A stretch of DNA of 64,000 bases from an uncultured delta proteobacterium (GCA_963743525.1 CAVUQH010000002.1:160001-224000); one strand, 5' to 3'. Counted from the first letter of the stretch, positions 1-11,303 are shown. Numbers and translations: made by a program. Notes: generated by a model from the letters alone, not told the origin.

Positions 1-40
1 GCATCGGCGCGGTCGCGTTGTAGTCGAGATAGATGCGCAA
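1..40 (-). CDS. Cysteine desulfurase (IscS/NifS family), 5' end only; runs off the window
   Basis: Minus strand reads TTG-RIYLDYNATAPM, the typical N-terminal motif of class V aminotransferases/cysteine desulfurases; GGGAGG RBS upstream. Confidence 0.8.
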   Translation of the reverse strand, partial: MRIYLDYNATAPM

Positions 41-62
41 GAGCGGAACCTCCCGGGCGAAA

Positions 63-92
63 TTGACAGGGTGGCGGGGGAGACATCATGAT
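63..92 (+). promoter_or_regulatory. Possible sigma70-type promoter
   Basis: TTGACA at 63-68, 18-nt spacer, CATGAT at 87-92, upstream of the likely GTG start at 142. Confidence 0.4.
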
Positions 93-141
93 GATGTCCC
101 GTCCCTTTGGCGGGTTTTTCTCTAGGTTTTTCGGGAATCTC

Positions 142-2112
142 GTGGCGGATGGAGCCGGGTCCCTACTCGTTCGATCGAAGCTGATCGGGGAAGAGCAGCT
201 CGCGCTCGCTCGGGAGGCCAAGACCTCGCGTGGCGGCTCGGTCGGCGAATACCTGGTCCTCGGTGGCGTCAACGACGAGCGGCTGACCAACTTCTACCAC
301 ACGCGGCTCATGGTCCCGCGGCTGGATCCCAACCTGCTCGCGCGCATCCAGCAGCGGATCATCGCCAAGATCCCGGCCGACATGGCCGCCGAGTTCCGGG
401 TGGTGCCGGTCGCCCTCGACCGCGACCAGAACCTGACCGTGTGCATGAGCGACCCCAGCGATACGCACGCGATCGACGAGATCGGATTCTTCACCGGCTG
501 CTACGTCATGCGCGCGGTCGCCACCCAGCGACAGATCGCCTGGTGCCTGGCCCACTACTACGGAATCATCACGGAGCTCGGCGAGACGCTGCTCGAAGCG
601 CGGGAGCCGGAGCCGCAACCGACCGAGCCGGAGCCGAGCCCGGCCGATGGCATACCGCGCCCGGTCAGGCGCCCGGGACCGGTGACGCAGAAGGTCGAAG
701 CCAGCCGCCACAAGGTGGTTCCGCCCGAGGCCGCGGAGAGTTCCCAGCCGATCGAAATCACCATCGGTCCGGCGCCGACCGAGCGCGAGGAGACCGGCCC
801 GACCGGACCGGTCCCGCGCCGCCCAACGCAGGAGCCAAACCCGCCCGAGCTGGGCGAGCGCGTGGGTGAAGTCGAGGTCCGCAGCGAGACCGACGCGACG
901 CCGGCCTCGAGCCGCTCGGACCTGCCAGCGGTCGTGCTCGGGTTCGACGAAGACAATCCCATCGACACCATCATCGAAGAGGACGAGGGCGACGAGGTCG
1001 TGATCCTCGATCGCCCGCGCTCGCCCAGCAGCGAGCCGCCGCCCTCGGTCGAGATGGTCGAGTCGAGCGGCGCCGCCTCCGACGACACCGACGTGGTGGT
1101 GCTGGATCAGCCCAAGCGCCGGCGCCGCGAGTCGCGCAGCACGCAGCTGGGGCTGGGCATCGTGCCGGCCGCGCGCCCGCGACGCGAAGCGGCCGACAGC
1201 GGTGCGCTGCCCGGTGTCGCCCCGGCCGCCGAGACCGAGCCGCCCGCCACCACCGAAGCGGAGACGCCCGCCGCCGCTACCCGGGCCGAGCCGCCCGCTG
1301 CGGTCGCCGAAGCGGACGTGCCCGCCGCCGTTCCCCAGCCGATCGCCGACGAGACCACCGACGCCAACGCCACCGGACGCCACCGGCGGATCGACTACGA
1401 CGAGAGCGGCTGGGGCGACGACGACTTCGGCCCGCCGGGCACGACCATCCCCCCGGCCTATCTGGGCGCCATGCCCGACACCGAGTCGACCGGGCCGCAC
1501 AACGCCATCCCGCTCAACGTCCCCGAGGACGAGAGCGGCGCGGTATCGGTGCCGGTACGCGCGCCCAGCGGTGAGAAGGTCGCCACCCTGGCCGCGACCA
1601 TGGAAGATGTCGCCGACTCCCAGCGCGAGCTGGAGCAGTCGTCCATCCGACTGGTCGAGACCCTGCGCGCGCTCGACGGCGCCAGCACTCGCGACGCCAT
1701 CGTCGAGGCGCTGCTCGATCACGCGGCGATGTCGTTCAAGCGGACGGCGTTCCTGGTGGTCAAGGGCGGCAAGCTGGTGCCGTTCAAGCACAAGGGCAAG
1801 GGGATGGCCGGCGGCTTCAAGACGGCCAGCCTGGCGCTGGGCACACCGTCAACGATTCGCGACGTGGTCCAGGCGCGGCTGCCGTTCCGCGGCCGCCTGC
1901 CCGACCCGCTGTCGCAGGACTTCATCGCCAGCGTCTTCGGCAACGTCCCGCCCGAGATCCTGATCCTGCCGTGCGCGGTGCGCGACCGGCCGGTCGGCGT
2001 GCTGTGTGGGACCGACCGCTCCGGGCGCATCTTCCACGAGCACCTGTCCGTCGTGCTTCGCGGCGCCGGCGACGCCTTCGAGCGCATCCTCAAGCAGCGC
2101 AAGGGCAGCTGA
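142..2112 (+). CDS. GspE/PilB N-terminal (MshEN-like) domain protein with acidic Pro-rich linker and C-terminal GAF-like domain
   Basis: N-terminus GSLLVRSKLIGEEQL...IPADMAAEFRVVPV...LTVCMSDP matches the T2SSE_N pattern; no ATPase motifs; C-terminal ILPCAVRDRPVGVLCG is GAF-like; the GTG start at 142 is inferred. Confidence 0.7.
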   Translation: MADGAGSLLVRSKLIGEEQLALAREAKTSRGGSVGEYLVLGGVNDERLTNFYHTRLMVPRLDPNLLARIQQRIIAKIPADMAAEFRVVPVALDRDQNLTVCMSDPSDTHAIDEIGFFTGCYVMRAVATQRQIAWCLAHYYGIITELGETLLEAREPEPQPTEPEPSPADGIPRPVRRPGPVTQKVEASRHKVVPPEAAESSQPIEITIGPAPTEREETGPTGPVPRRPTQEPNPPELGERVGEVEVRSETDATPASSRSDLPAVVLGFDEDNPIDTIIEEDEGDEVVILDRPRSPSSEPPPSVEMVESSGAASDDTDVVVLDQPKRRRRESRSTQLGLGIVPAARPRREAADSGALPGVAPAAETEPPATTEAETPAAATRAEPPAAVAEADVPAAVPQPIADETTDANATGRHRRIDYDESGWGDDDFGPPGTTIPPAYLGAMPDTESTGPHNAIPLNVPEDESGAVSVPVRAPSGEKVATLAATMEDVADSQRELEQSSIRLVETLRALDGASTRDAIVEALLDHAAMSFKRTAFLVVKGGKLVPFKHKGKGMAGGFKTASLALGTPSTIRDVVQARLPFRGRLPDPLSQDFIASVFGNVPPEILILPCAVRDRPVGVLCGTDRSGRIFHEHLSVVLRGAGDAFERILKQRKGS

Positions 2113-2145
2113 GGCCCGCGCGCGGCGTCGATCGGGCGACCGCGG

Positions 2146-3492
2146 TCAGTAGGTGCCGACGCTGGCCGACGGGCTGGCGGTGCCGCTGTTGTTGAACGTC
2201 GTCGAAGTGATGATGCGAATGCGGCCGACGCCGCCGCCACCGCCGCCGCCGTTGCCGTTGTCGGGCGCGTCGCCGCCGGTCTGCGGACTGGCCGCGCCGG
2301 TGCCGCCGTCGCCGCCGGCCGCGCCCAACGTGCCGCCGGCGTTGCCGCCCGCCGGCGCGGTGAGCGACAGGGTGCCGTCACCGCCGGCCTGGCCGTCATT
2401 GCTGCCCGCGCCGCCACCGCCGCCGCCGCCGTGAGCCGCCAGCGTACCCGACAGGTTGACCGTGGGTGCCTGCAGGAAGATCGCACCGCCGGAGCCGGCG
2501 CCCGCCGCCGCACCCCACTGATTGGTGCAGCTGATGCCCTTGCCGCCGCCGCCACCGCCGGCGTTGATGCCGCCGGAGACGGTGATGGTGAGGCCGGCGT
2601 AGATCTGCACCGCACCGCCGCCGGCGCCAGCCGGATCGGAGACGCAGTTGATCGCCGCGCCGCCACCGGAGCCGCCCTGGAGTATGTCCAGAGTGCTGTT
2701 GCCGTAGGCGCTGCCGGCGGCGCCGCCGGCCAGCGTGCAGTTGAAGCCGCAGTTGACGTTGCCGCCGCGGGCTCCAGCGCCGCCAAAGCCACCGCCGCCG
2801 CCGCCGGAGTCGCGATAGAGACCACTGTGCGCGCCATCGCTGCCGGCACCGCTGCCGGCCCCCGCGGCGCTGCCGCCGGCGCCCGCGGTGTCGTGCTTGG
2901 CGCCGGCATCGAGGGTGCCCTCGATGGTCACGGTGCCGCTGGCGACGATGACCAGCGGCCGGCTGCCGACCACGGTCACCGTCTGCCCGCTCTGCACCGT
3001 CAGCGAGCGGACGTGGAGCACGGCCACATCGGGACCGGTCGCCGGATCCTGGGTTGACGTGTCGAACACCGCGCCACCCGGCGGCGTCGTGCCGTCGATG
3101 GTGAGGTTCGAGGTATCGATGGTGACGCTGGCCAGGCTCAGGTCGGCCCGGGTTGCGTATTCAGCCGACGGCGGCAGATGAACGACGTCCTCGGTGATCG
3201 GATCCGGGCCCATCGCGTCGGGCGTGCCCGCGTCCGGCGTCTGCATCGCGTCCGGCGTCTGCATCGCGTCCGGCGTCTGCATCGCGTCCGGCGTTCCCGG
3301 CGCCGCGTCGATCGTCACCGCCGCGTCGGGCGTTCCCGGCGCCGCGTCGATCGTCACCGCCGCGTCGGCGGGCTGGCGCGCATCGACCGATGACGACGCA
3401 TCGTCACCGCCGAAGCCGACACCTCCCTGATCGAACGAGCAACCGCTGGCTGCAACTGCCAGCCCGAGCGTAATCCATCTAATGACGGGCAA
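2146..3492 (-). CDS. Glycine-rich surface lipoprotein with TPDAMQ / AAVTIDAAPGTPD repeats
   Basis: Lipobox LAVAASGC; GGGGGG/GGAGG-rich C-terminal domain ending GGGGVGRIRI. Confidence 0.7.
   Translation of the reverse strand: MPVIRWITLGLAVAASGCSFDQGGVGFGGDDASSSVDARQPADAAVTIDAAPGTPDAAVTIDAAPGTPDAMQTPDAMQTPDAMQTPDAGTPDAMGPDPITEDVVHLPPSAEYATRADLSLASVTIDTSNLTIDGTTPPGGAVFDTSTQDPATGPDVAVLHVRSLTVQSGQTVTVVGSRPLVIVASGTVTIEGTLDAGAKHDTAGAGGSAAGAGSGAGSDGAHSGLYRDSGGGGGGFGGAGARGGNVNCGFNCTLAGGAAGSAYGNSTLDILQGGSGGGAAINCVSDPAGAGGGAVQIYAGLTITVSGGINAGGGGGGKGISCTNQWGAAAGAGSGGAIFLQAPTVNLSGTLAAHGGGGGGGAGSNDGQAGGDGTLSLTAPAGGNAGGTLGAAGGDGGTGAASPQTGGDAPDNGNGGGGGGGVGRIRIITSTTFNNSGTASPSASVGTY
3215..3368 (-). repeat. 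Intragenic tandem repeats: 18-bp units (TPDAMQ) and two 39-bp units
   Basis: gcgtccggcgtctgcatc x3 and gcgttcccggcgccgcgtcgatcgtcaccgccgcgtc x2 seen directly. Confidence 0.85.
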
Positions 3493-3528
3493 TGCCCGGA
3501 TGTTATCACGTGCCGGCGATCGGGCAGC

Positions 3529-4611
<1,083 letters not shown>

Positions 4612-4620
4612 GTCATGCTC

Positions 4621-5844
4621 CTAGCGAGAAAGGTCAGTCAGCTCGAGGCCGAGGATTTCGGCGCTCTGCTTGCGAATCTCGTCGAGCCGGTCGGTGGCCG
4701 GCTGGTCGTCCAGGCGGATCCGCGCGCACGCGGTCTCGCCACCCTCGAAGATCAGGTTGTCCATCTCCTCGACGTTGATGCGCGACTTGCTGAGCACGTC
4801 GAACACCACCGCGAGCACGCCCGGGCGATTGCGATGGCGCACCGTCAGCATGCAGGTGGCAGGGCTGCGCACGGCGCGGTTGACGCAGTTGGGCACCTCG
4901 CCGGTGTCGCGGTAGGTGCGGACCACGCGCACCGCTTCCATGGCGATCGCCTGTTGTGCCTGGTCCGTCGACGCGCCGATGTGGTGGGTGCCGTAGACGC
5001 CGGGATCGGCGACCAGGTCCGACTGCCACTCGGCAACCCCCGAGCCGGGCTCGTTGGCGTAGACGTCGAGGCCGGCGCGCAAACCCTTGTCGGCGATGCC
5101 CTTGCGCAGGGCGGCCTCGTCGACCACCGCGCCACGCGAGGTGTTGATCAGGTACGCGCCCGGCTTCATCGCGTCGACGAAGGCGTCGTCGATCAGGTTG
5201 CGCGTCTCCGCAGTCAACGCGACGTGCACGGTGACGACGTCGGCGTGGCGAGCGACGTCAACCGGCGTCGCCGCGTGGCGCACGCCCAGCGCTTCGGCGT
5301 CCTCGGGGGTCAGGCTGCGCGACCACGCGACCACCGGCATGCCGAAGCCGCGCGCGCGCACCACCACCTCGCGAGCGATGGTGCCCATGCCCAGCACGCC
5401 GAGGGTGCGGCCGAACAGACCGCGCGCGACGCCGTACTCCTTCTTGTTCCACTTCCCGGAGCGCAGGTCGCGGGTCTGATCGGGCACGCGGCGGTCGCAC
5501 GAGAGGATCAGCGCCCAGGCCAGCTCGGCCACGGCGATGGCGTTCTTGCCCGGGCAGTTGGCGACGAAGATGCCGGCCCGCGACGCGGCCACCACGTCGA
5601 TGGTGTCGTAGCCGGCGCCGGCGCGGACCACCAGCTTGAGCCGCGACCCGGCAGCGATGGCGTCGGCGGTCACCTTGGTGCTGCGGACGATCAGGGCATC
5701 GGGGTCGTGCTCGGCCAGGGCCGCAGGCAGGGTGTCGGCGCCCAGAGACGGATCCGATACCACCTGGCAGCCGATGTCGGCGAGCCGTTGGCGCCCGACC
5801 TGTTCGAACTTGTCGGCGATGAGGATCTTCATCGCCGGCATCAT
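4621..5844 (-). CDS. serA: D-3-phosphoglycerate dehydrogenase with C-terminal ACT domain
   Basis: RAGAGYDTID, GVLGMGTIA, INTSRGAVVDE, HIGAST, ACT motif HRNRPGVL; adjacent to serC. Confidence 0.88.
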   Translation of the reverse strand: MMPAMKILIADKFEQVGRQRLADIGCQVVSDPSLGADTLPAALAEHDPDALIVRSTKVTADAIAAGSRLKLVVRAGAGYDTIDVVAASRAGIFVANCPGKNAIAVAELAWALILSCDRRVPDQTRDLRSGKWNKKEYGVARGLFGRTLGVLGMGTIAREVVVRARGFGMPVVAWSRSLTPEDAEALGVRHAATPVDVARHADVVTVHVALTAETRNLIDDAFVDAMKPGAYLINTSRGAVVDEAALRKGIADKGLRAGLDVYANEPGSGVAEWQSDLVADPGVYGTHHIGASTDQAQQAIAMEAVRVVRTYRDTGEVPNCVNRAVRSPATCMLTVRHRNRPGVLAVVFDVLSKSRINVEEMDNLIFEGGETACARIRLDDQPATDRLDEIRKQSAEILGLELTDLSR

Positions 5845-5894
5845 AGTGGCGCCGATAGAAAATGAAAGGGGGGTACCGGCGCAGCAGCGGCCGG

Positions 5895-8294
5895 CTACAC
5901 CATTTGCGTGTCGCCGGTGACGATCTGGTTGTTTTCCAGCTGCCGGCGGTTGGCCTCTCGGCGCACCTCGTCCCAGAGCAGCGGGTTCTCGGCCACCACC
6001 TCGTAGAAGTCGCGCGGCGACATCACCGCCAGCTCCGTCGGTCCGACCGCTGTCACCGAAGCGTTGGCGACGCTGCCGCGGAGCAGTGACATCTCGCCGA
6101 AGTAGGCGCCCTCGCCCAGCGTCGCCAGCAACACCGACCGGCGCGCCCCGACCCGTTTGGTGATCTCGACCGACCCCAGGACGATGAGATACAGGCCGCC
6201 GGCCGGCTCACCCTCGATGACGATGCGCTGGCCCGACTCGGCGCGCACGGGCTGGAAGCGGGCCAGCAGCTCGGAACGGCGGTCCTCGGGCAGCGGCTTG
6301 AAGAACGGCGCCGTCCACATGAGGGTGGCCAACAGCCGCTCGCGATAGAAGCGCTCGAGCGCCGGGCCGACGTCGGCATAGGTTGCCGCCAGCTCGCGCA
6401 AGAGCCGGCGCGGAATCTCGTAGATCTCCGACGGCACGACCGCCTGCACGGTGGCGTGGCGGCGACGGTCGGCGAGCAGCGCGAACTCGCCGAACAGCGC
6501 ACCGTTGCCCAGTCGCGCGACCTCGAGTGGCTCGCCGCCGGGCTCCAGCGGGTTGCGCTTGAGGATGCGCACCTCGCCGTTGGCCAGCACGAAACAGGCG
6601 TTGCCCGGATCGCCCTCGTTGACCACCACCTCGCCCGCGCCGAAGTGGCGCAGAGTCATGCGCCGAGCCATCTCGGCCAGCGCTTCTTCCGGCAAGGTCG
6701 AGAACAGCTCCAGTGGCAGATCGATGACCGCGCCGTCGGGAGCCAGATGCGACAGCGTGTCGCTGAACGGCCAATCGAAGGCGCGCAACAGACGCAGGTC
6801 GTCGGCGCTCTCGTGGATGTCCGGCTGGGTCGCGCGATCGGGCCGGACGCCCGGCTCGCCCGGGTTGGTCGGCTCGGCGTCATCCTCGGCGGCCAGCTGC
6901 GCCAGACGCCCGGATGGCTCCAGCGCCGGCAGGCCGGGAATGACGTCGGCGCGGGTATCGGTGATGCCGGTGGTCTCACCGGTGGGAATCTCTTCGAAGT
7001 CCGACTGCCCTCGCGGCCCGGGCGCGCGCCGCGGCGGCGGCGTATCCAACGCGCCTATGATCGGCCGGGTCTCGCGCGAGAAGGCGGCCGGATCCGCGAC
7101 TCGGCCGCCGCGGCGCACCGGCCCCGGCTCGCGCGGCAGCGGCGGCCGGCCGGGGATGGTCGGTCGCGGGGCCACCCGGCGAGCCACCGTCGCGCCCTTC
7201 GGCGGAATCACCTGCGGCACCGTCACCGGCCGCGGCGGCGTCACCGGCCGCGGCGGCGTCACCGGCCGCGGCGGCTCGCGCACGGGAAGGTCGTCGGCGA
7301 TGAGGCCGGCGAGCAGGCCCGACTCGTCGGCCACCGTGGTCATGGCGTCGTCGTCCTCGCCCGACCGCGGCGGCGCGATCGCCAGCTCCGGCGCGATCCG
7401 GGTGGGCGCGTCATCGGCCTCGGGCAGCGGCGCGGTGACGCCGTCGAAGTCGGCTTCGACGTCGATCGCCTCCTCGGCCACCGGCTCGATGGCAATCGGC
7501 AGGCCGCCCAGCCGGTCGTCGGCGATGCGGGTCATCTCGTCGTCCTCGTCGAGCGGCGGCAACGGCTCGGGAGTCATGACCCGCGGCGGCAACGGCGGCG
7601 GACGGCCCATCGGCATCCGCCGCACCAGGCTGTCGTCGTCGCTGTCGTGCATCGCCAGCGGCTCGGGCAGTGGCGTCGGCGTGAGCAGCGGCCCGCTGTG
7701 GCGCCGCGGTGCCTCGCGCATCCGCTCGGTGGTGCGCGGGTCCGGCGTGACCGCCCGCGCGCGGGAGCGCAGCTCGGCCATGCGCGGCGCCAGCTGGTTG
7801 ACCGGTATCACCCGTTCGGAGACATCACCTCGCGGCGTCATGCCCGAGCCGGGACCGAAGTCATCCGACGGCGGCGGCTGGGCCACCGCCATGCCCGGCG
7901 AGGTGCGGCGAGGCCCCGGCGTGTGCGCCTTGGGCGGCGGCAACTGACTGGTCTGCGACGGCGACAGCGATGGGATGTCCTGGCCGGCGGCGGCGACGTC
8001 CTCGGCCGCCTGCGCCTCGGCGGCGTTCTGCCGCATCTGGTCGAGCTCGGCGAGCAGGCGCTGGGTCTCGGCCTGCGACGGCTCGATCTCGAGCACGCTC
8101 TTGCACACCGCGATCGCCTGAGCCAGCCGGCCCTGCGCGTGGTAGGCCACGGCGACGCTGCGGTAGAGCTGCACCGCATCCTGCGTCCGCCCAGCCTCGC
8201 GGTACGCAGCCGCGAGCCTGAGGCGAAGGACCAGATTCTCCTGGTCCTTGCGGAGCTGCTTCTCCAGCTCCTTGATGGCCTTCTTCGGGTTCAT
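5895..8294 (-). CDS. TPR plus tandem cyclic-nucleotide-binding domain protein
   Basis: N-terminal TPR (LAQAIAVCKSVLEIEP); two cNMP domains (FGEFALLADRRRHATV; YFGEMSLLRGSVANASV); long Pro-rich linker. Confidence 0.85.
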   Translation of the reverse strand: MNPKKAIKELEKQLRKDQENLVLRLRLAAAYREAGRTQDAVQLYRSVAVAYHAQGRLAQAIAVCKSVLEIEPSQAETQRLLAELDQMRQNAAEAQAAEDVAAAGQDIPSLSPSQTSQLPPPKAHTPGPRRTSPGMAVAQPPPSDDFGPGSGMTPRGDVSERVIPVNQLAPRMAELRSRARAVTPDPRTTERMREAPRRHSGPLLTPTPLPEPLAMHDSDDDSLVRRMPMGRPPPLPPRVMTPEPLPPLDEDDEMTRIADDRLGGLPIAIEPVAEEAIDVEADFDGVTAPLPEADDAPTRIAPELAIAPPRSGEDDDAMTTVADESGLLAGLIADDLPVREPPRPVTPPRPVTPPRPVTVPQVIPPKGATVARRVAPRPTIPGRPPLPREPGPVRRGGRVADPAAFSRETRPIIGALDTPPPRRAPGPRGQSDFEEIPTGETTGITDTRADVIPGLPALEPSGRLAQLAAEDDAEPTNPGEPGVRPDRATQPDIHESADDLRLLRAFDWPFSDTLSHLAPDGAVIDLPLELFSTLPEEALAEMARRMTLRHFGAGEVVVNEGDPGNACFVLANGEVRILKRNPLEPGGEPLEVARLGNGALFGEFALLADRRRHATVQAVVPSEIYEIPRRLLRELAATYADVGPALERFYRERLLATLMWTAPFFKPLPEDRRSELLARFQPVRAESGQRIVIEGEPAGGLYLIVLGSVEITKRVGARRSVLLATLGEGAYFGEMSLLRGSVANASVTAVGPTELAVMSPRDFYEVVAENPLLWDEVRREANRRQLENNQIVTGDTQMV

Positions 8295-8394
8295 CCCTCG
8301 CCCCGGCCCCCGATCTTACCAGCGCTGGACCCGAAGTGCCGAAATTTCACACGATTAGGGCCCAGACGACGTGGCGAGGGACGCGCGCGACGGC

Positions 8395-8967
8395 CTATTG
8401 CGGGGTCAGCTCGACCGAGGCCCGGAAGGTGAGCGACTTGGGCGCCGACGGAATCGTCCAGCTGCTGGTGACGCCCTTCATGCACGCGGAGAAGTGGTCG
8501 CTGATCCGCTTGTCCATGCTCACGCCGGTCAACTTGCCCGAGGTGTTGAACTTGACCGAGATGTTCAGCGTGATGCTGCGCGCCTGGAGCGAAGAATCCT
8601 TCTTGAGCGCAGTCTGGTAGCACTTGCGGATGGCGCCGCGCGACCCGTTCACGTGCGCCCAAAACGCCTTGGCGTACTTCTCGACGTCAACCTGCGGGCT
8701 CGGATGACTACTGCCGGTGTCCTTGCCGCTGATCTGGATCGGGTCGGTCATGGTGACCGTGAACTCGTCGGCGCCCTTGGCCTCGAGCTCGGTGACCCGC
8801 GCCTGCAGCTGCTGGATCATCTTGTCCTTCTCGCCGACGAAGCTCTCACACTTGGTGAGCTTGTCGATCGTCGCGGGCGAGTCCTTGAACTTCGTCTCGC
8901 CTTTGCAGGCACCCAGCGCAGTGACGGCGACCAGCACCGCGATCGCGCATCCCGAGAGCTCCCTCAT
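8395..8967 (-). CDS. Lipoprotein with coiled coil and AgmX/PglI (TonB-C-like) C-terminal domain
   Basis: Lipobox ALGAC; IRKCYQTALKKDSSL...FSACM...SWTIP pattern. Confidence 0.7.
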   Translation of the reverse strand: MRELSGCAIAVLVAVTALGACKGETKFKDSPATIDKLTKCESFVGEKDKMIQQLQARVTELEAKGADEFTVTMTDPIQISGKDTGSSHPSPQVDVEKYAKAFWAHVNGSRGAIRKCYQTALKKDSSLQARSITLNISVKFNTSGKLTGVSMDKRISDHFSACMKGVTSSWTIPSAPKSLTFRASVELTPQ

Positions 8968-9359
8968 TCGATCTTCTCCGTGGGTGTTACCGGCGTCGAA
9001 ACTATGTGAGGCCGGCGAATCAGACGGCGCACGATGCGACCCTCTCGGATGTGCGAGTCGGTCAGCTCCGCGACATCTAAAGTAGTCACGCCATTATACA
9101 ACGCCGAGGTGCCCCGCCTTCCCGGCAGGGCGGCAAACACGAACCGCTCCGGCTGCGGCCGGGGCACCAGCTCGCGGATGAGGCAGTTCGGACCCTGCGT
9201 GCAGCGACCGAAGCAGCTCTGCCAGCCCAGCTCGACCCGCTCGGCGATTCCCCGGTCGAGCAGGATCCGCCGGAACTGCTCGTAGATGGCCCGGGAACCG
9301 CGGCGCTCTCCACACTCGGGCCCGCGACAGACGAGCACTCTGAAGCGGCGGCCGCTCAC
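8964..9359 (-). CDS. Thioredoxin-like [2Fe-2S] ferredoxin
   Basis: VLVCRGPEC...SCFGRCTQGPN...LYNGVT...HIREGRIVRRL. Confidence 0.85.
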   Translation of the reverse strand: MSGRRFRVLVCRGPECGERRGSRAIYEQFRRILLDRGIAERVELGWQSCFGRCTQGPNCLIRELVPRPQPERFVFAALPGRRGTSALYNGVTTLDVAELTDSHIREGRIVRRLIRRPHIVSTPVTPTEKIE

Positions 9360-9437
9360 CGTCCACCAGGGTAGCCCGTCCCCGCGCCCGGCGCCACGGG
9401 CGGGAGTACACCCTCCTACCCCGGTCCAGGGTCGCGC

Positions 9438-11303
9438 TTACTTGGAGCGCGCGGTCAGGGTCAGCGCCCGCGAGGCGTATTCGGCCACCGAACGCTGGGT
9501 CCGCGGGTCCTGGGCCACGTACGCGACCAGCTCGCGCTCGCCCGCACCACCGCCGGCCAGCAGCGCGTCGATGGTCGCGCTGAGCGTGGCCACCTGGCTG
9601 CCCAGGCTGGGATCGGCGCGGTAGGTGATCAGGAACTGCCGCAGCGGGGCGATTTCGCCGCCGCCGCCGACGACCTTGAGCGCGCGAACGATCGCCGCCA
9701 GATCAGCCGGCGAGCTCTCCGGCGCGCGCAGCTGCGCGACCAGTGCGTCGGTCGCCGTCTTGCGCTGGGCCGGATCGATCGAGGCCGGGTCCATCGCGCC
9801 GATGGCGCGGGCGACCACGCCCACCGCCTTGGGACGGGTGCCGGCGATGAAGTCGTAGGGCACCGCCAGCGCGCCGACCAGGTCGGGCAGCCCCGACGGA
9901 TCCTTGCGCGCGACCAGCGCCTCGACCGCGCTCTCGTAGATCTTGGGTGGCGTGCGCGGATCGGCGAGCAGCGCCAGGATGTCTTTGGTCACCCCTTCGC
10001 CCGGCAGCTCGGCCAGCGCGCCGATGGCGAACCGCTTGACGTCGTTGTAGCGGGCGTCGCGATCGCGGGCGATGGCCGCCAGCGCCGCGACCGTGCTCTG
10101 CCCCTGATCGGAAGCGTCGGCCTCGGACGGGTGCCAGCCCTCGGCGTCGAAGGTCGCACCCAGCAGCTGGCCGTCGAACTTGGCCCTGTAGATACGCTTG
10201 CCGGTCGCCGGGTCGAGGGCGCCGATGTCGCCCATGGTCAACACGAAGTCGATCGACGGACCGGCGTGGAACGACGCGACCACGTCAACGCGGGGATGGT
10301 TGTAGGCCCAGCGCAGCTTGCCGGTGCTGACGTCGAAGGCGAAGAAGAAGCGATAGGTGTGAACCACCACTTCGCCATCGGAGAACGCCAGGCCGTTGTC
10401 GGCGGCCTTGCCCCGCCACAGGATGCGGTTGCGATCGTAGGCCGAGTAGCCGGCCTGGACCGGATCGAACGCGTCCCAGTAGTAGTTGGCGCGGACGAAC
10501 GCCGGCAGCTTGGCGGTGCCGTAGGTCGACGCCGCCCGCTTGCCCGAAGCGGCCTTCTGATCGAGCAGGAAGACGCCCAGCTTGGAGCCGAAGAAGACCT
10601 GGTCGCTGGTCGCGCGGACGAACGCGATCTCCTCGTCGATGCCGCGGATGCGGGTCAGCTGCTTGCCGGTCCTGGCGTCGAGCACGGCCAGCCACTGCTT
10701 GAGGAACGGGCTGAAGACCAGCCCGCCGCGGGCGGCCGGCGCCCCCAGCTGGCCGGGCGCATCGGCGCGCCACAGCTCGGTGCCGCTCTTGCCGTCGACT
10801 CCCACCAGCCACCAGGTCGGCTTGCTGCCGCTCTTGTCGGCGTAGACGTAGTAGGCGCGAGTGGCATCGGCGGCGGCGCCGATGAACTCCTTGCCCACCG
10901 GCTTGCTCCACAGCTTCTTGCCGGTGGTCACATCGCGACCGACCAGGCTGTCATCCTCGCGCAGGATCAGGAACGCCGCGCCGACCGAGACCTTGGAGGC
11001 CACGTCGGCCGGCTGCGACCACAGCGTCTTCTTGTCGGCCAGGTCGTAGGCGACCAGCTTCTGCGGCTCGCCCTTCTTCTTGTCGGCACGGGTGACGAGG
11101 AACGCCATCGGCTTGCCGGTCTGGTTGATCGGCTTGCCCGCCGACGGCGGCTGCATCTCCTGGAACGCCGCGGCCAGCGCGGCAGGGTTGTTGTCGTCAC
11201 TGGTGAGCGCGAACGCGCCCGAGCCGCCACACGCGGCCAGCGCGCTCATCGCCGCCAGCGCGGCGACGCCGCCCCACATCCGGTAGCCCTGTGCCCGCGC
11301 CAT
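9438..11303 (-). CDS. PQQ-like (BamB-type) beta-propeller lipoprotein with C-terminal HEAT-like helices
   Basis: True start MARAQ at 11303 (TGATG overlap with the upstream gene); lipobox ALAAC; repeated A.D..TGK..W blades. Confidence 0.75.
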   Translation of the reverse strand: MARAQGYRMWGGVAALAAMSALAACGGSGAFALTSDDNNPAALAAAFQEMQPPSAGKPINQTGKPMAFLVTRADKKKGEPQKLVAYDLADKKTLWSQPADVASKVSVGAAFLILREDDSLVGRDVTTGKKLWSKPVGKEFIGAAADATRAYYVYADKSGSKPTWWLVGVDGKSGTELWRADAPGQLGAPAARGGLVFSPFLKQWLAVLDARTGKQLTRIRGIDEEIAFVRATSDQVFFGSKLGVFLLDQKAASGKRAASTYGTAKLPAFVRANYYWDAFDPVQAGYSAYDRNRILWRGKAADNGLAFSDGEVVVHTYRFFFAFDVSTGKLRWAYNHPRVDVVASFHAGPSIDFVLTMGDIGALDPATGKRIYRAKFDGQLLGATFDAEGWHPSEADASDQGQSTVAALAAIARDRDARYNDVKRFAIGALAELPGEGVTKDILALLADPRTPPKIYESAVEALVARKDPSGLPDLVGALAVPYDFIAGTRPKAVGVVARAIGAMDPASIDPAQRKTATDALVAQLRAPESSPADLAAIVRALKVVGGGGEIAPLRQFLITYRADPSLGSQVATLSATIDALLAGGGAGERELVAYVAQDPRTQRSVAEYASRALTLTARSK

